A stretch of DNA of 38,123 bases, from the NCBI GenBank assembly GCA_027350645.1, contig DAIEKJ010000002.1, forward strand, positions 1-38,123, written 5' to 3'. Positions 28,005-37,597 of the stretch are shown here, piece after piece. A program made the translations under genes and the position numbers. This stretch comes from Candidatus Wolfebacteria bacterium. GTDB taxonomy: Bacteria > Patescibacteriota > Minisyncoccia > UBA6257 > JAGOQP01. How positions within the stretch are numbered: the stretch's first letter is position 1; each line of letters starts with the position of its first letter. The notes under the pieces were generated by a model, which saw only the letters and a list, made by a program, of their open reading frames with translations, was not told where the DNA came from and searched no databases.

Positions 28005-28580
28005 TTAATTATCGGCTTGATAATAACTCGACACCGAAATCGTCCCGGTTAACGGCCCCGCCCCTGGCTGGCCGGTACTGCTGCTGTATGCCAGGTTAAT
28101 ATCGGTAACATCCATGAGAAGGAAATTGTTTTCGATGCCCTGCACAAACGTTTTAATCTGCCCGTACGTTCCGGCAACCTGCATATCGGCCCGCAAAACC
28201 ACAATGCTCTTGATGGCGGTTGTATTTGAAGGAAGAGAAGATGCCTTTTGAAGACTCACCGATGAAATAGCAAGTCCGCTCTGCTGACCAAGACCCATCA
28301 GCTGATTGGTAAAATTAGATATGTCGGGAGTCAAGGGCAAAATGAGCGAGGCGCGATCCTGAACCGACTGCCCCCCGGCCAGCGTTGCCGAGATGCTCTT
28401 CACTTTTCCCACCGTTGATTGATACTGGGTATATTGCTGTTGCTCTCCGGCCAGCGTCCCCCGCAAATTCATCAGATTGCCATATTCCGGGGCAAGGTAC
28501 GTCGAATACACAAAAACCGCCGCCATGAGAAAGACCAGCGCAAGACCGACAAAAACGATTCGCTTGGTTGAGGCTTTCAT
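28005..28580 (-). CDS. pilO: PilO-like alignment protein
   Basis: N-terminal TM, coiled coil, GTYGQIKTFVQGIE. Synteny. Confidence 0.82.
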   Translation of the reverse strand: MKASTKRIVFVGLALVFLMAAVFVYSTYLAPEYGNLMNLRGTLAGEQQQYTQYQSTVGKVKSISATLAGGQSVQDRASLILPLTPDISNFTNQLMGLGQQSGLAISSVSLQKASSLPSNTTAIKSIVVLRADMQVAGTYGQIKTFVQGIENNFLLMDVTDINLAYSSSTGQPGAGPLTGTISVSSYYQADN

Positions 28581-28586
28581 ATAAAA

Positions 28587-29171
28587 TTAATTTTGCATAA
28601 ACGTACCAGCGGCAAAAGTAACGGTCGCCGAAAAAGCTCCCGATCCGGCACCCGATCCCGATTTGAAAGAATTAACCATAAAACTGGCAACCGCCGGATC
28701 CTGTTCCCACGCCGAACTCTGCTGCACTAATGTCTGCCACGAAGGCGCCGTACCAGCGAGTATCATCGCACCCGACAGTATGCTGAACTGAACATTGGTG
28801 ATACGCACCGACGGAAGCGTGTTTTTTTCCAGTTCGCCAAAAAGCTTCGACGCGATAACGTGTCTCTTGTTCAGCTGACCAATATTGTAGAGCTGTGAAA
28901 AAAGCGATAGGTCCGCCGATTGGCTCCCCTGGCTCACCTCGTTCTCAACCTGTTTGAGCTGGGCATCTTGATTGGCGATTTGCCCGTTGATGTATGGTTC
29001 ATACCCAAACGCCATCCCAGCGTAGATAACCAGTACTAAAACAAAAACAACAGCCGAAGCGATCAGCAGCCGCCACGGCGTTCCCCCGCCGCTGGAAAGA
29101 TCCCGCGCGGTCATCCGTGTTCCCGGAGGAGGCGCAATCGGCGATCCGTAATATTGTTGATTGTCAGCCAT
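28587..29171 (-). CDS. pilN: PilN-like alignment protein
   Basis: TM, coiled coil, ELEKNTLPSVRIT..LAGTA. Lies between pilM and pilO. Confidence 0.72.
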   Translation of the reverse strand: MADNQQYYGSPIAPPPGTRMTARDLSSGGGTPWRLLIASAVVFVLVLVIYAGMAFGYEPYINGQIANQDAQLKQVENEVSQGSQSADLSLFSQLYNIGQLNKRHVIASKLFGELEKNTLPSVRITNVQFSILSGAMILAGTAPSWQTLVQQSSAWEQDPAVASFMVNSFKSGSGAGSGAFSATVTFAAGTFMQN

Positions 29172-29285
29172 AAATATAGTTACCTTCGTTCCACTCGCAT
29201 TCGTATAAAATTTTTTCCCAACGCGTTTCGGTTATTGTACACCCCTTAAGCAAAAGAAACAAATACGACAACCGGAAAATGAAAA

Positions 29286-30368
29286 CTATGACAGCAGACT
29301 CTTGATCGCCAGCCCCGTCGCAATCGAGAATCGCGTCTTGAGCTCCGGAACCATCATTCCCAGCTCCTGAGGAACATCAACATACAAAAGTCCGTTGCCG
29401 GGAACGACGGGAATGCCCAACCGCTGTTCCGCATATGTTTCAATCCCCGCCAAGTTTGCTCCGCCACCAACCACCATCACCCGCTCCGGCGCGGCGCCAA
29501 GAGTATCAATCGCTTTCTGACGCGCGCGCTGCACTTCGTTGAGTATAACATCAACAAACGGTATTTCCAATGTGGATAACTCAAGCTCTCCGCTTCCGCC
29601 AAGCATGCCGATACGGCGCTTCAACTCTTCGGCGCGTTTGTAACTCACCGACAGGCCGTTAGCGATGGCGTCCGTAATGGAATCGCCTCCGTAGTCGATT
29701 TGAGTATTGCTTTTTAAAAATCCCTTCTCAACAATACTGATGTTGCTCGACCGCGCGCCGATATCAAGAATAATCGTCGGCGTTTGATCGGTCCCAACCA
29801 ATGCCCGCGAATAAGAAAGCGTCTCGACTTCCAGCGCGCGCAACGCAAGGCCCGCGATTTTAAACGCCGCCTTAAAACGCGCAATAATCTCGTTGGGGAT
29901 GGCAATAACAAGGACTTGTTGCTTCACAAACCCGTTCGCGTCGTCCCGCTGGCCCACCCGCACCCAATCAACGGCGATTTCGGAGAGCGGGAGCGGAATG
30001 TTTTGTTTAATCTGAAACGGCATCGCTTTTTCCGTTTCGGCCTGCGACATGTCGGGAATCTCTATCATCGTCGTGAACGAGGCAAAGGATGGAATCGACG
30101 CAATCGCATTGGTCGCCGAAAAATGCGTCCGCGTGACAAGCAATTTTAGAAGTTCACCGGCCTCCTTTTCGGAAATGCGCAGTGAGTTCGCCTGAATAAC
30201 ACTATTGGGGCGCTCAAAAACGGGAACTGTCTCCAAGAGACCGTAATTGGTTAGGCGCGGGTTGGCGTTGGAACGCGACAGCTCTATCGCCTTTATCGAC
30301 GTCGTGCCGATATCAACGCCGATATATGAACCAACCGAAAACGCTCGCGTAAGAAAATCAAATGCCAT
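29286..30368 (-). CDS. pilM: Type IV pilus assembly protein PilM (actin-like)
   Basis: IGVDIGTTSIK, LDIGARSS, GGGANLAG, ATGLA. Confidence 0.94.
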   Translation of the reverse strand: MAFDFLTRAFSVGSYIGVDIGTTSIKAIELSRSNANPRLTNYGLLETVPVFERPNSVIQANSLRISEKEAGELLKLLVTRTHFSATNAIASIPSFASFTTMIEIPDMSQAETEKAMPFQIKQNIPLPLSEIAVDWVRVGQRDDANGFVKQQVLVIAIPNEIIARFKAAFKIAGLALRALEVETLSYSRALVGTDQTPTIILDIGARSSNISIVEKGFLKSNTQIDYGGDSITDAIANGLSVSYKRAEELKRRIGMLGGSGELELSTLEIPFVDVILNEVQRARQKAIDTLGAAPERVMVVGGGANLAGIETYAEQRLGIPVVPGNGLLYVDVPQELGMMVPELKTRFSIATGLAIKSLLS

Positions 30369-30448
30369 ACAATGAGTATCCTATAAAAAATACATACGGG
30401 CGTTGCGTGCATCGCGCACAACAGCCATATTAGAGTATACTCATTTTT

Positions 30449-31189
30449 ATGACCATGGGCAATCGCGCCATCCACAATGACTCGCCGCTCTTTTTAAAAC
30501 GCGCGGCGGAAAAAATTGCCGACGCCTTTTTCCCGCCCCGTTGCATCGCGTGCGGTCACGCCATCGCGCACCAGCGCGCGTTCCTCTGCGCCGCGTGCTT
30601 TGACGCCATCGAACTCAACAGCGCCTGTTATTGTCCAATCTGCCTGGGGCGCATCGGCGACCCGCGCCATCCATGCCACCGCAACGCGGACTATCTCCTG
30701 GCGCCGGCGACCTTTTACAAAGATCCCGTTCCAGCAATCATCCATTGCCTCAAGTACCAAAAGCTGATTGGCGTTAGCACGCTGGCAAGCGCGCTTCTTA
30801 TCGCGCACCTGAACCGCGCCGCCGTGCCGCCGGACCAATGTCTTTTTGTCCCCATACCGCTCCACCCATCCCGAGAGCGCGAGCGCGGATTCAATCAGGC
30901 GTTTCTCTTGGCGCAGTCGTGCGCAAATTACTTTAACCGTCCGCTTGCCGATGCACTTACTCGGATCGTAAAGACAAAACAGCAGGCATCATTGCGCGAC
31001 GCAATGCAACGACACACCAATGTCGCCGGCGCGTTTACCCTCAATCCGTCCGTCTCCGTGCGCGGCGCGACGATTATTCTTGTCGACGACGTTTCAACGT
31101 CGGGCGCCACGCTTGGCGCCGCCGCACGCGCGCTGAGGGCCGGCGGCGCGCGCCGCGTCATCGGCGCCGTTATCGCCAAAGCCCAATAA
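30449..31189 (+). CDS. comF: ComF family protein (zinc ribbon plus PRTase)
   Basis: FPPRCIAC..CAAC..CPIC, VPIPLH..RERGFNQ, LVDDVSTSGAT. Confidence 0.94.
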   Translation: MTMGNRAIHNDSPLFLKRAAEKIADAFFPPRCIACGHAIAHQRAFLCAACFDAIELNSACYCPICLGRIGDPRHPCHRNADYLLAPATFYKDPVPAIIHCLKYQKLIGVSTLASALLIAHLNRAAVPPDQCLFVPIPLHPSRERERGFNQAFLLAQSCANYFNRPLADALTRIVKTKQQASLRDAMQRHTNVAGAFTLNPSVSVRGATIILVDDVSTSGATLGAAARALRAGGARRVIGAVIAKAQ

Positions 31190-31245
31190 ACTGCGCGCCG
31201 TTCCCCAAGGTTCGCGGAGCGCGCACGTTAAAAAAAGAGGCCGAC

Positions 31246-31479
31246 TCAGGCGCTCTTTTTTGTCCGCGCATACATTACCGCGCTGATGCCAAAGGCAAGA
31301 GCAAAAAATATCGCCCCGTAAAAACACGCCGTCATAAACGGATTAGTCGCTCCCGGCGTGCAACCAAAACTGTTGCTCCGCAAACCGAGCCATCGATACA
31401 ACTCAATACCGAAATTCGTCCACGCAAACAACGTACCGACCAACAAAAGATAAAATTGTGCGGTAATAAGTTTTTTCAT
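31246..31479 (-). CDS. Small two-TM protein with Cys pair in the loop
   Basis: GTLFAW...CTPGATNPFMTACFYGAIFF. Clean ATG with AT-rich upstream region. Confidence 0.72.
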   Translation of the reverse strand: MKKLITAQFYLLLVGTLFAWTNFGIELYRWLGLRSNSFGCTPGATNPFMTACFYGAIFFALAFGISAVMYARTKKSA

Positions 31480-31563
31480 ATACGTGCGTACCTCGTACGT
31501 ACTTTATAGTATGGGACAGAAAATGTTTTCCGGCAAGAAATTCTCTTTTGCCACAGCCACGCC

Positions 31564-31592
31564 ATATAAGTCCCGCAAAGCGGGACTTATAT
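31564..31592 (-). terminator. Probable terminator of the MacAB operon
   Basis: ATATAAGTCCCGC-aaa-GCGGGACTTATAT. Confidence 0.65.
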
Positions 31593-31618
31593 TATTTAGG
31601 GAGAGCTCCCCGCCGGTC

Positions 31619-32032
31619 TTAACGGCCGATCGGCGCCCCCAATTGTCCCTGCGGACGCACCTGGATCGATTGCGCGGTCATGCTGCCGTCAGAATTGCTC
31701 GTGCCGATAATCACAACATCTTTTTGCGCGGAAAGATCGGCGATTGAGCCAACGGTCGTGGTAAGCACCGGCGTAGTCGTTGAATAGAAGATCACCTGCG
31801 AACTGCCATCGCGCAATTGCACGGTCAAACTGGATGGATCGACAGAAAGAATCGTTCCATTTACCATCCCCACTCCGGCCGTTCCCTGCCCCGCTCCAAA
31901 CGTCCGCCGTCCGGCGGTTCCCGTGCCAAAACTCGCCGCCTGATTCTGCGGCTGATGAACAACGTAGCCGATACCAAAACCGACAACCAACGCGATCACA
32001 GCGATAAGAATGCTTGTTTGATTTTTTTTCAT
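31619..32032 (-). CDS. Membrane-anchored OB-fold-like protein (DUF5666-like)
   Basis: TM, Gly-rich linker, GTILSVD..LTVQ...VVIIG..DGSMTAQSIQV. Confidence 0.8.
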   Translation of the reverse strand: MKKNQTSILIAVIALVVGFGIGYVVHQPQNQAASFGTGTAGRRTFGAGQGTAGVGMVNGTILSVDPSSLTVQLRDGSSQVIFYSTTTPVLTTTVGSIADLSAQKDVVIIGTSNSDGSMTAQSIQVRPQGQLGAPIGR

Positions 32033-32078
32033 AATATAATACTAGATGAAGAGTGTTTCTCCGTACGATTAAAAATAA

Positions 32079-33317
32079 TTATTCATACCGAAGCGCATCG
32101 ATCGGATTGAGACGCGCCGCGCGCCGCGCTGGATAATAACCAAAGACAATACCGATGCCCGCCGACACGCCAAACGAGAGCAGAACCGAAAAGATCGACA
32201 CCTGCGTCGTGAGTCCGGCAAACATTGCCAGAATCCACGATGCCGCCCATCCGGCAATCACTCCTATCGCCCCGCCGATAAAGGTCAGCGCCGTTGCCTC
32301 CATAAGAAACTGGTAGGAAATGTCGGTGCGTTTCGCGCCGATCGCCTTGCGCAGTCCGATCTCGCGCGTGCGCTCGGTGACGGTGGTGAGCATCATATTC
32401 ATGATGCCGATTCCTCCCACCACCAGGGAAATGCCGGCGATAGACGCCAGGAGCATCGTGAACGTATTGGTAACCGTTGAAGCGGTCGCGACAATATCCG
32501 CCTGGTTTTGCACGGTAAAATCAGCAAGCGTGGGATCGCTGATATGGTGCCGTTGCAGCAAAAGATTGGTCACCTGCTGCTGTACCGACGCCATCGAAGC
32601 GGCGTCTTGAGCCGAAACGGCAATGGTGCTGACATACGGCTGTCCGTCGGCATTGGGCCCCACCAAATAATGTTGCGCGACCGATATCGGGATGAATATC
32701 ATATCATCTTGATTGAAAAATCCGCTCCCTCCTTTTGACTGCGTCACGCCGATAACATTAAACGAAATGCCATTAATGCGAAGCGTCTGCCCGACCGCAT
32801 CGGCGCCAGTCCCGAAAAGATCGTCGCGCGTCGTGGGACCGATGACGGCAACTTTGGCCATGCTGGTTACCTGCTGATCGGAAAGAAACGATCCGCTCTC
32901 CATGGTTACGTTGCGCACCGTCGGATACTGGCTCGTCGTCCCCACCACCTGGGTATTCGTGTTCGTGCCCTTGGCAGTGACTTGATACCGTTTTGACAAT
33001 TCCGCGTCGATCGCCTGGATCGGCGTCACGGTTTGCGCGATCGCCTCCTCGTCGGCCATCGTTAGGGTTTGCGAACTCCCCAATCCGCCGCTCACCTCAA
33101 CTCCCGGGCCGCGTTGCGCTCCCGGACTTACCACAATAAGGTTGGATCCGATGGACTGGATATTTTGCTGGATGCTTTCCTGCGATCCCTGCCCGATGGC
33201 GACCATCGCAATCACCGATCCCACGCCGATAATAATTCCCAGCATGGTCAGAAACGACCGCACCTTGTTGGCGGATAAAGCCCAATACGTCTCTTCAAAA
33301 AAATCGGCAGTGGTCAT
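32079..33317 (-). CDS. MacB-family ABC transporter permease
   Basis: RSFLTMLGIIIGV, VGGIGIMNMM..VTERTREIGLRKAIGA, PIDALRYE. Confidence 0.95.
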   Translation of the reverse strand: MTTADFFEETYWALSANKVRSFLTMLGIIIGVGSVIAMVAIGQGSQESIQQNIQSIGSNLIVVSPGAQRGPGVEVSGGLGSSQTLTMADEEAIAQTVTPIQAIDAELSKRYQVTAKGTNTNTQVVGTTSQYPTVRNVTMESGSFLSDQQVTSMAKVAVIGPTTRDDLFGTGADAVGQTLRINGISFNVIGVTQSKGGSGFFNQDDMIFIPISVAQHYLVGPNADGQPYVSTIAVSAQDAASMASVQQQVTNLLLQRHHISDPTLADFTVQNQADIVATASTVTNTFTMLLASIAGISLVVGGIGIMNMMLTTVTERTREIGLRKAIGAKRTDISYQFLMEATALTFIGGAIGVIAGWAASWILAMFAGLTTQVSIFSVLLSFGVSAGIGIVFGYYPARRAARLNPIDALRYE

Positions 33318-34009
33318 ACGCGCGGTGTGTTTGGTTTATCGCTCACAATCGATCCGTCCCGGATATGAATAATGCGACGCGCGTGTTCGGCAACATCCTG
33401 CTCGTGCGTAATAAGAACAATCGTGCGCCCCCTTTTATTCAAGTCGGCAAATGTTTGAAGCACCACTTCGCCCGTCTTGGTATCCAGGTTTCCCGTCGGT
33501 TCGTCGGCTAAAATAATCGTCGGATTATTCACCAACGCCCGCGCGATAGCGACGCGTTGCATCTGTCCTCCCGACAGCTGGTTTGAGTAATGGGAAAAGT
33601 GCGCCTCGTCCAACCCAGCCGCCAGCAATGCTTCCCGCGCCCGCGCTTCCCGCTCGCGCCGCGGCACCTCCAGATACATCAGCGGCAACATCACATTGCG
33701 AATGACCGTCGCCCGCGGAAGAAGATTGAACGCCTGGAAAACAAATCCGATTTTTTCCTTGCGGATATCGGCCAGCTGATCCTCGGAGAGCGTTGAAACA
33801 TCCTTGCCGTCAAGAAAATACTTCCCGCCGGTGGGAGAATCGAGCGCGCCCAAAATGTGCATCATCGTCGACTTTCCCGATCCGGATGGCCCCATAATAG
33901 CCACAAACTCTCCATCGTCCACGCGAAACGAAACCCCCTTCAACGCATAGGTCTCCACGTCTCCGCTCTGATACCGTTTGGAAACATTTTGTATTTCAAT
34001 CATACGCAT
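33314..34009 (-). CDS. MacB/LolD-family ABC ATP-binding protein
   Basis: [31 protein letters not shown]. Confidence 0.96.
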   Translation of the reverse strand: MRMIEIQNVSKRYQSGDVETYALKGVSFRVDDGEFVAIMGPSGSGKSTMMHILGALDSPTGGKYFLDGKDVSTLSEDQLADIRKEKIGFVFQAFNLLPRATVIRNVMLPLMYLEVPRREREARAREALLAAGLDEAHFSHYSNQLSGGQMQRVAIARALVNNPTIILADEPTGNLDTKTGEVVLQTFADLNKRGRTIVLITHEQDVAEHARRIIHIRDGSIVSDKPNTPRV

Positions 34010-35730
34010 TACCGGCCCAACGCCCGGAACATACCGCCCGCCGCCCCGCCGCCAAAAGCGCCGGCGCGAGACGCATTGGATTGCGTCGAAGCAGTCGTTA
34101 CCTGCGAAGTAACCGTCTGGGTAACCACAAGATCGCCAGCGGCAAGACCGGCGGTAATTTCCGTATCGGTATCGTTCGCATCACCCACCGTCACTGTCTG
34201 ACGGCGCGGAGCAGTGGCGGAAAGATACATCGCCGAACTGCTGGAAGCGGGCGTGATTGCGTTTTTATCAAGAACCAGCACGTAGCTTTGGCCGCCCTGC
34301 GTTTTTATCGCGCCATTGGGAACCGTGAGCACATTCTGATCCACTTTGGTGATAATGTTGGCCGTGACGCTCATCCCCGACTTCACCCGCGCGTCCTGCG
34401 TATCAAACGCGATTTTGACGGTGTAATTAACCACGCCCTGCGTTGCGGTACCCACCGTATCAACCTCGGCAACGGTACCGGCAATCGATAAGCCGTCAAC
34501 CGCATCAAATGTCAGCATCGCCTTTTCTCCCATCTGCACATTAACCACATCGACTTCATTGAGCGAAATCTCGGCAATCTTTTTCTGCGAGACCAGCGTT
34601 GCCACCGCCGTTCCAGACGACGCCTGATCCCCCACCTGCACATCAAGCGCCGCGATTTGTCCGGCAAACGGCGCGGTGACGACGGTGTTATCAAGAGCAT
34701 TCTGCGCCGACTGCAGTTGCGCCTTTGCCGACGTCAACTGCGCCTGCGCCGATTCAATATCTTCCTGCTGCGGCGGCGCAACCTGAACCGCCAGCGACGC
34801 CTCCGCCTGCTGTAATGAAAGTTCCGCGTTGCGCGCCGACTGGTACGAACTCACCAGCGACGAAATAATTTGATTAATGCTCGTGCGAGCGCTGTCAACG
34901 GTTGATTTATCGTTGGCAATCGTCGAGGCGGTAAATCCGGGCATCGTGATCGCGCTGGTAAGCGCGTCCATTAAATGATTCGAGAGATCGCGCGTCGCCG
35001 ACAGATACGTCTGCGATTGCGCGACAGCCGCATCAAACTGGGCTGGCGATGATGTCGCCGACAGCGTTCCCAAAAGCGTCTGCCAGGCATCCACATCAGC
35101 CCCAACCGCGACCCTCGTCCACGTCGCATCAATACCCGCCTGCGTGTCGGACGTCTGGAATGTCAGCGTCGGATTGGCGCTCTGGCCATTGGAAAAAAGC
35201 GGATCCAGCTGGTTGCGCACGATGCCGTCGATTTGCGTGTACGAACTTTGCATCTGCATTAATAAATTCTGGTAGGCGTTTGCCAGCGCATCCTGCGCGG
35301 ACGTCACGGACAGTTGATCAACCGCCAATGATTGCGGCGTTGTCCCCGCCATCAATTTGTCATAATTCGCCTGCGCGGTCTGCAACGATGCCTGCGCTTG
35401 GATCAACGCCAACCGAGCGCTCTGCTGATCAAGCACGGCAATTGTTTGCCCCGCCGAAACGCGCTGGCCGCTGGCCACATCCACCGCAACCACTTGTCCG
35501 GAGGCCTGCGGCAAAATATCGATTTGATTCTGTCCCGATACCTGTCCCGTACCCGACACCGAGGTCACCAGCGTGCTGGTCGCCACCGTCGCAATGCCAT
35601 AGGTGGTTTCTTGCGTCCCTCCGGGAACGAGCAGGTAATACCCTCCCGCGACAACCGCCACGATCACCACCGCACTTATCACCTTATGCGCCTTACTGTA
35701 TAAAAATATTTTTTGTACGATTGATTTCAT
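34009..35730 (-). CDS. MacA-like membrane fusion (adaptor) protein with long coiled coil
   Basis: TM, lipoyl halves (SGQVVAVDV / APFAGQI), long Gln/Ala-rich hairpin, GMSVTANI, GLAAGDLVV. ATG 35730. Confidence 0.92.
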   Translation of the reverse strand: MKSIVQKIFLYSKAHKVISAVVIVAVVAGGYYLLVPGGTQETTYGIATVATSTLVTSVSGTGQVSGQNQIDILPQASGQVVAVDVASGQRVSAGQTIAVLDQQSARLALIQAQASLQTAQANYDKLMAGTTPQSLAVDQLSVTSAQDALANAYQNLLMQMQSSYTQIDGIVRNQLDPLFSNGQSANPTLTFQTSDTQAGIDATWTRVAVGADVDAWQTLLGTLSATSSPAQFDAAVAQSQTYLSATRDLSNHLMDALTSAITMPGFTASTIANDKSTVDSARTSINQIISSLVSSYQSARNAELSLQQAEASLAVQVAPPQQEDIESAQAQLTSAKAQLQSAQNALDNTVVTAPFAGQIAALDVQVGDQASSGTAVATLVSQKKIAEISLNEVDVVNVQMGEKAMLTFDAVDGLSIAGTVAEVDTVGTATQGVVNYTVKIAFDTQDARVKSGMSVTANIITKVDQNVLTVPNGAIKTQGGQSYVLVLDKNAITPASSSSAMYLSATAPRRQTVTVGDANDTDTEITAGLAAGDLVVTQTVTSQVTTASTQSNASRAGAFGGGAAGGMFRALGR

Positions 35731-35953
35731 AATACTATGGTTACAGCCTCGCCGCCGGCGGCAAGACACTCTCCGCCTCTCTCCTCACCGCAGAAGCAAA
35801 GAGTGCCCCCGTGCCGCTCGACGCATTGCGCCGGCAACACCGCCACCTCCCTCGCTACTTACTACTACAACCGATAACGCCCATTATTTCACAAAAGAGT
35901 ATGCAAAAACGTGGGAATGAAACCAAAAACACGTACGGCGCGGCATCAACCCC

Positions 35954-36649
35954 TTACCACCGATCAACCCGGATTCCTTCCGCATAAACCGTGGATCCTT
36001 CCTGGTGTCCAAATACCACCACCGTATCCCCCGGACCAAACCCTGCATCGTCCGGTCCCATCCGCGTATCCGACGCGACAAGCACCGTCACCTGCATACC
36101 GGCTGGATCTTGCAATACAAACTGATTGCCATCGCGCGACATCACCGTCCCGCGATGAATGTCGAGAAAATGCGGCGCGCCAAAATCAAGATAGAATTGT
36201 CCGGGAAACGGCATGTGGTCGCGCCGCGCCGCGCGGAACGCCGCCCGTTGCAATGGAATAATAAACACGCTTCCGGCGATCGCCACCGCCAAAATGCCGA
36301 TCGTGAGATAGATAAGCGGTTCGCGATGCGCAAACGAAAATCGACGCACCAGCACTTCAAGCACCACCAAAAACAGGATCGCCCCGCCGATCAGAAGCCA
36401 CGGCAACGAACGGAAGAAGACAAACCATCCGTGCGATCCGAATCCCGGCGCAAGCCACACGCCGGTCTGCCGAAGGGAAAAAGCGATAAAGCTCCCCAAG
36501 TACAGCACCGCCAGCGCCGCCAGCGTCACCCCCAACACCAGCAAAACCGCGCGTAAAACAAAATGCCAGCGCGGACGCATCGTCACCCTGCCGCTGGAAA
36601 TAGCGGCAAGAATATTTTCTTTGATCGGTTTTTTTTGTTCGTTTTCCAT
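35954..36649 (-). CDS. Putative anti-sigma-like membrane protein (3 TM, C-terminal OB-like domain)
   Basis: 14 nt after the ECF sigma stop. RPRWHFVLR motif, TM helices, GTVMSRD...GDTVVVFG...VYAEGIRV. Confidence 0.75.
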   Translation of the reverse strand: MENEQKKPIKENILAAISSGRVTMRPRWHFVLRAVLLVLGVTLAALAVLYLGSFIAFSLRQTGVWLAPGFGSHGWFVFFRSLPWLLIGGAILFLVVLEVLVRRFSFAHREPLIYLTIGILAVAIAGSVFIIPLQRAAFRAARRDHMPFPGQFYLDFGAPHFLDIHRGTVMSRDGNQFVLQDPAGMQVTVLVASDTRMGPDDAGFGPGDTVVVFGHQEGSTVYAEGIRVDRW

Positions 36650-36663
36650 AGGTACGCGCTTCT

Positions 36664-37239
36664 TTATAGAGAAGTGCTATTTTTTTGCATGGCGCGCCCC
36701 AACGCCTCCCGCCCGCGCCGCAAACGGACGCCAACCGTCGATACCGGAATTTCCAGCACATCGGCAATTTCCTGATACTCGAGCTCTTCAAAATAATACA
36801 ACACCAACGGCTCGCGATATTTCGGATCGAGCGTTCCCAAAAATCCGTCAAGTTCCTGGCGCATCTGTTTGCGATCAACCTCATCCGTACTCGTTTCATC
36901 GGCAACCAAGTGCGGCAACAGGACGTCAAAATCCGGCAGGGCGATCGTCACCTTTCCCCTCTTCCGCTTAATCTCATTCATGCACTCATTGTGCGTGATG
37001 CGATACACCCACGACGAAAACTTCCGCGTCGCGTCAAAGCTCTGGATATTAACATACGCCTTAATGAGCGACTCCTGAACCGCGTCATCCGCCTCGTCGC
37101 CGTCCAAAAGAATTTTTTTTGCATACCGATGCAGGCGCGGCTCATACCGCTCCACCAAAACGCCAAAACGCTCGGCGTCGCCGCTCTGCACGCGTTTGAC
37201 AATCTCCTCATCGGCCAACGCCGCTATTTCCTGCGCCAT
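36664..37239 (-). CDS. ECF RNA polymerase sigma factor
   Basis: DAVQESLIKAY..FSSWVYRITHN and YQEIADVLEIPVSTVGVRLRR. ATG 37239, 8 nt after the -10 box. Confidence 0.94.
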   Translation of the reverse strand: MAQEIAALADEEIVKRVQSGDAERFGVLVERYEPRLHRYAKKILLDGDEADDAVQESLIKAYVNIQSFDATRKFSSWVYRITHNECMNEIKRKRGKVTIALPDFDVLLPHLVADETSTDEVDRKQMRQELDGFLGTLDPKYREPLVLYYFEELEYQEIADVLEIPVSTVGVRLRRGREALGRAMQKNSTSL

Positions 37240-37247
37240 ATTCATCC

Positions 37248-37276
37248 AGTATACGGCCTCCATATCAATGATACAA
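37248..37276 (-). promoter_or_regulatory. sigma70 promoter, near-leaderless mRNA
   Basis: TTGTAT(37276-71)-N17-TATACT(37253-48). Confidence 0.65.
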
Positions 37277-37436
37277 ATCTCTGGCCTGATTATTTCACCG
37301 CACGCCATCAATCATCGGCCGCCGCGCGCCATCACCGCCTGCCCACCGATAGGCAATCCATTTTATCCGCCATCCGTCCGCGCACGGAGCGCACCCCATG
37401 AACGGCAAACGAAAACGATAAAAAAATCAAAAACGC

Positions 37437-37583
37437 TTACGGTTTTTTGAGAAAATGGTAGGTGCCCAGGGCAATAAGCGCGGCCACCGCGATACCCATC
37501 GACACCATCGGATTGAGCATGGCCGAAAAAAGCACCAGGAGCGCCGCCAGCATTGCAATGACCCCCTCGATTTTGTTTGACAT
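37437..37583 (-). CDS. 48-aa two-TM small membrane protein
   Basis: Below ORF-track cutoff: MSNKIEGVIAMLAALLVLFSAMLNPMVSMGIAVAALIALGTYHFLKKP*. Starts 14 nt after the SemiSWEET stop. Confidence 0.65.
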   Translation of the reverse strand: MSNKIEGVIAMLAALLVLFSAMLNPMVSMGIAVAALIALGTYHFLKKP

Positions 37584-37597
37584 GATTTTTTTATTTA

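Noticed and set aside
31495..31535. Shared ECF promoter motif (GAAACATT near 1320, GAAAACATT near 31530)
   Set aside because: Spacing to any -10 element is inconsistent and two instances are insufficient.
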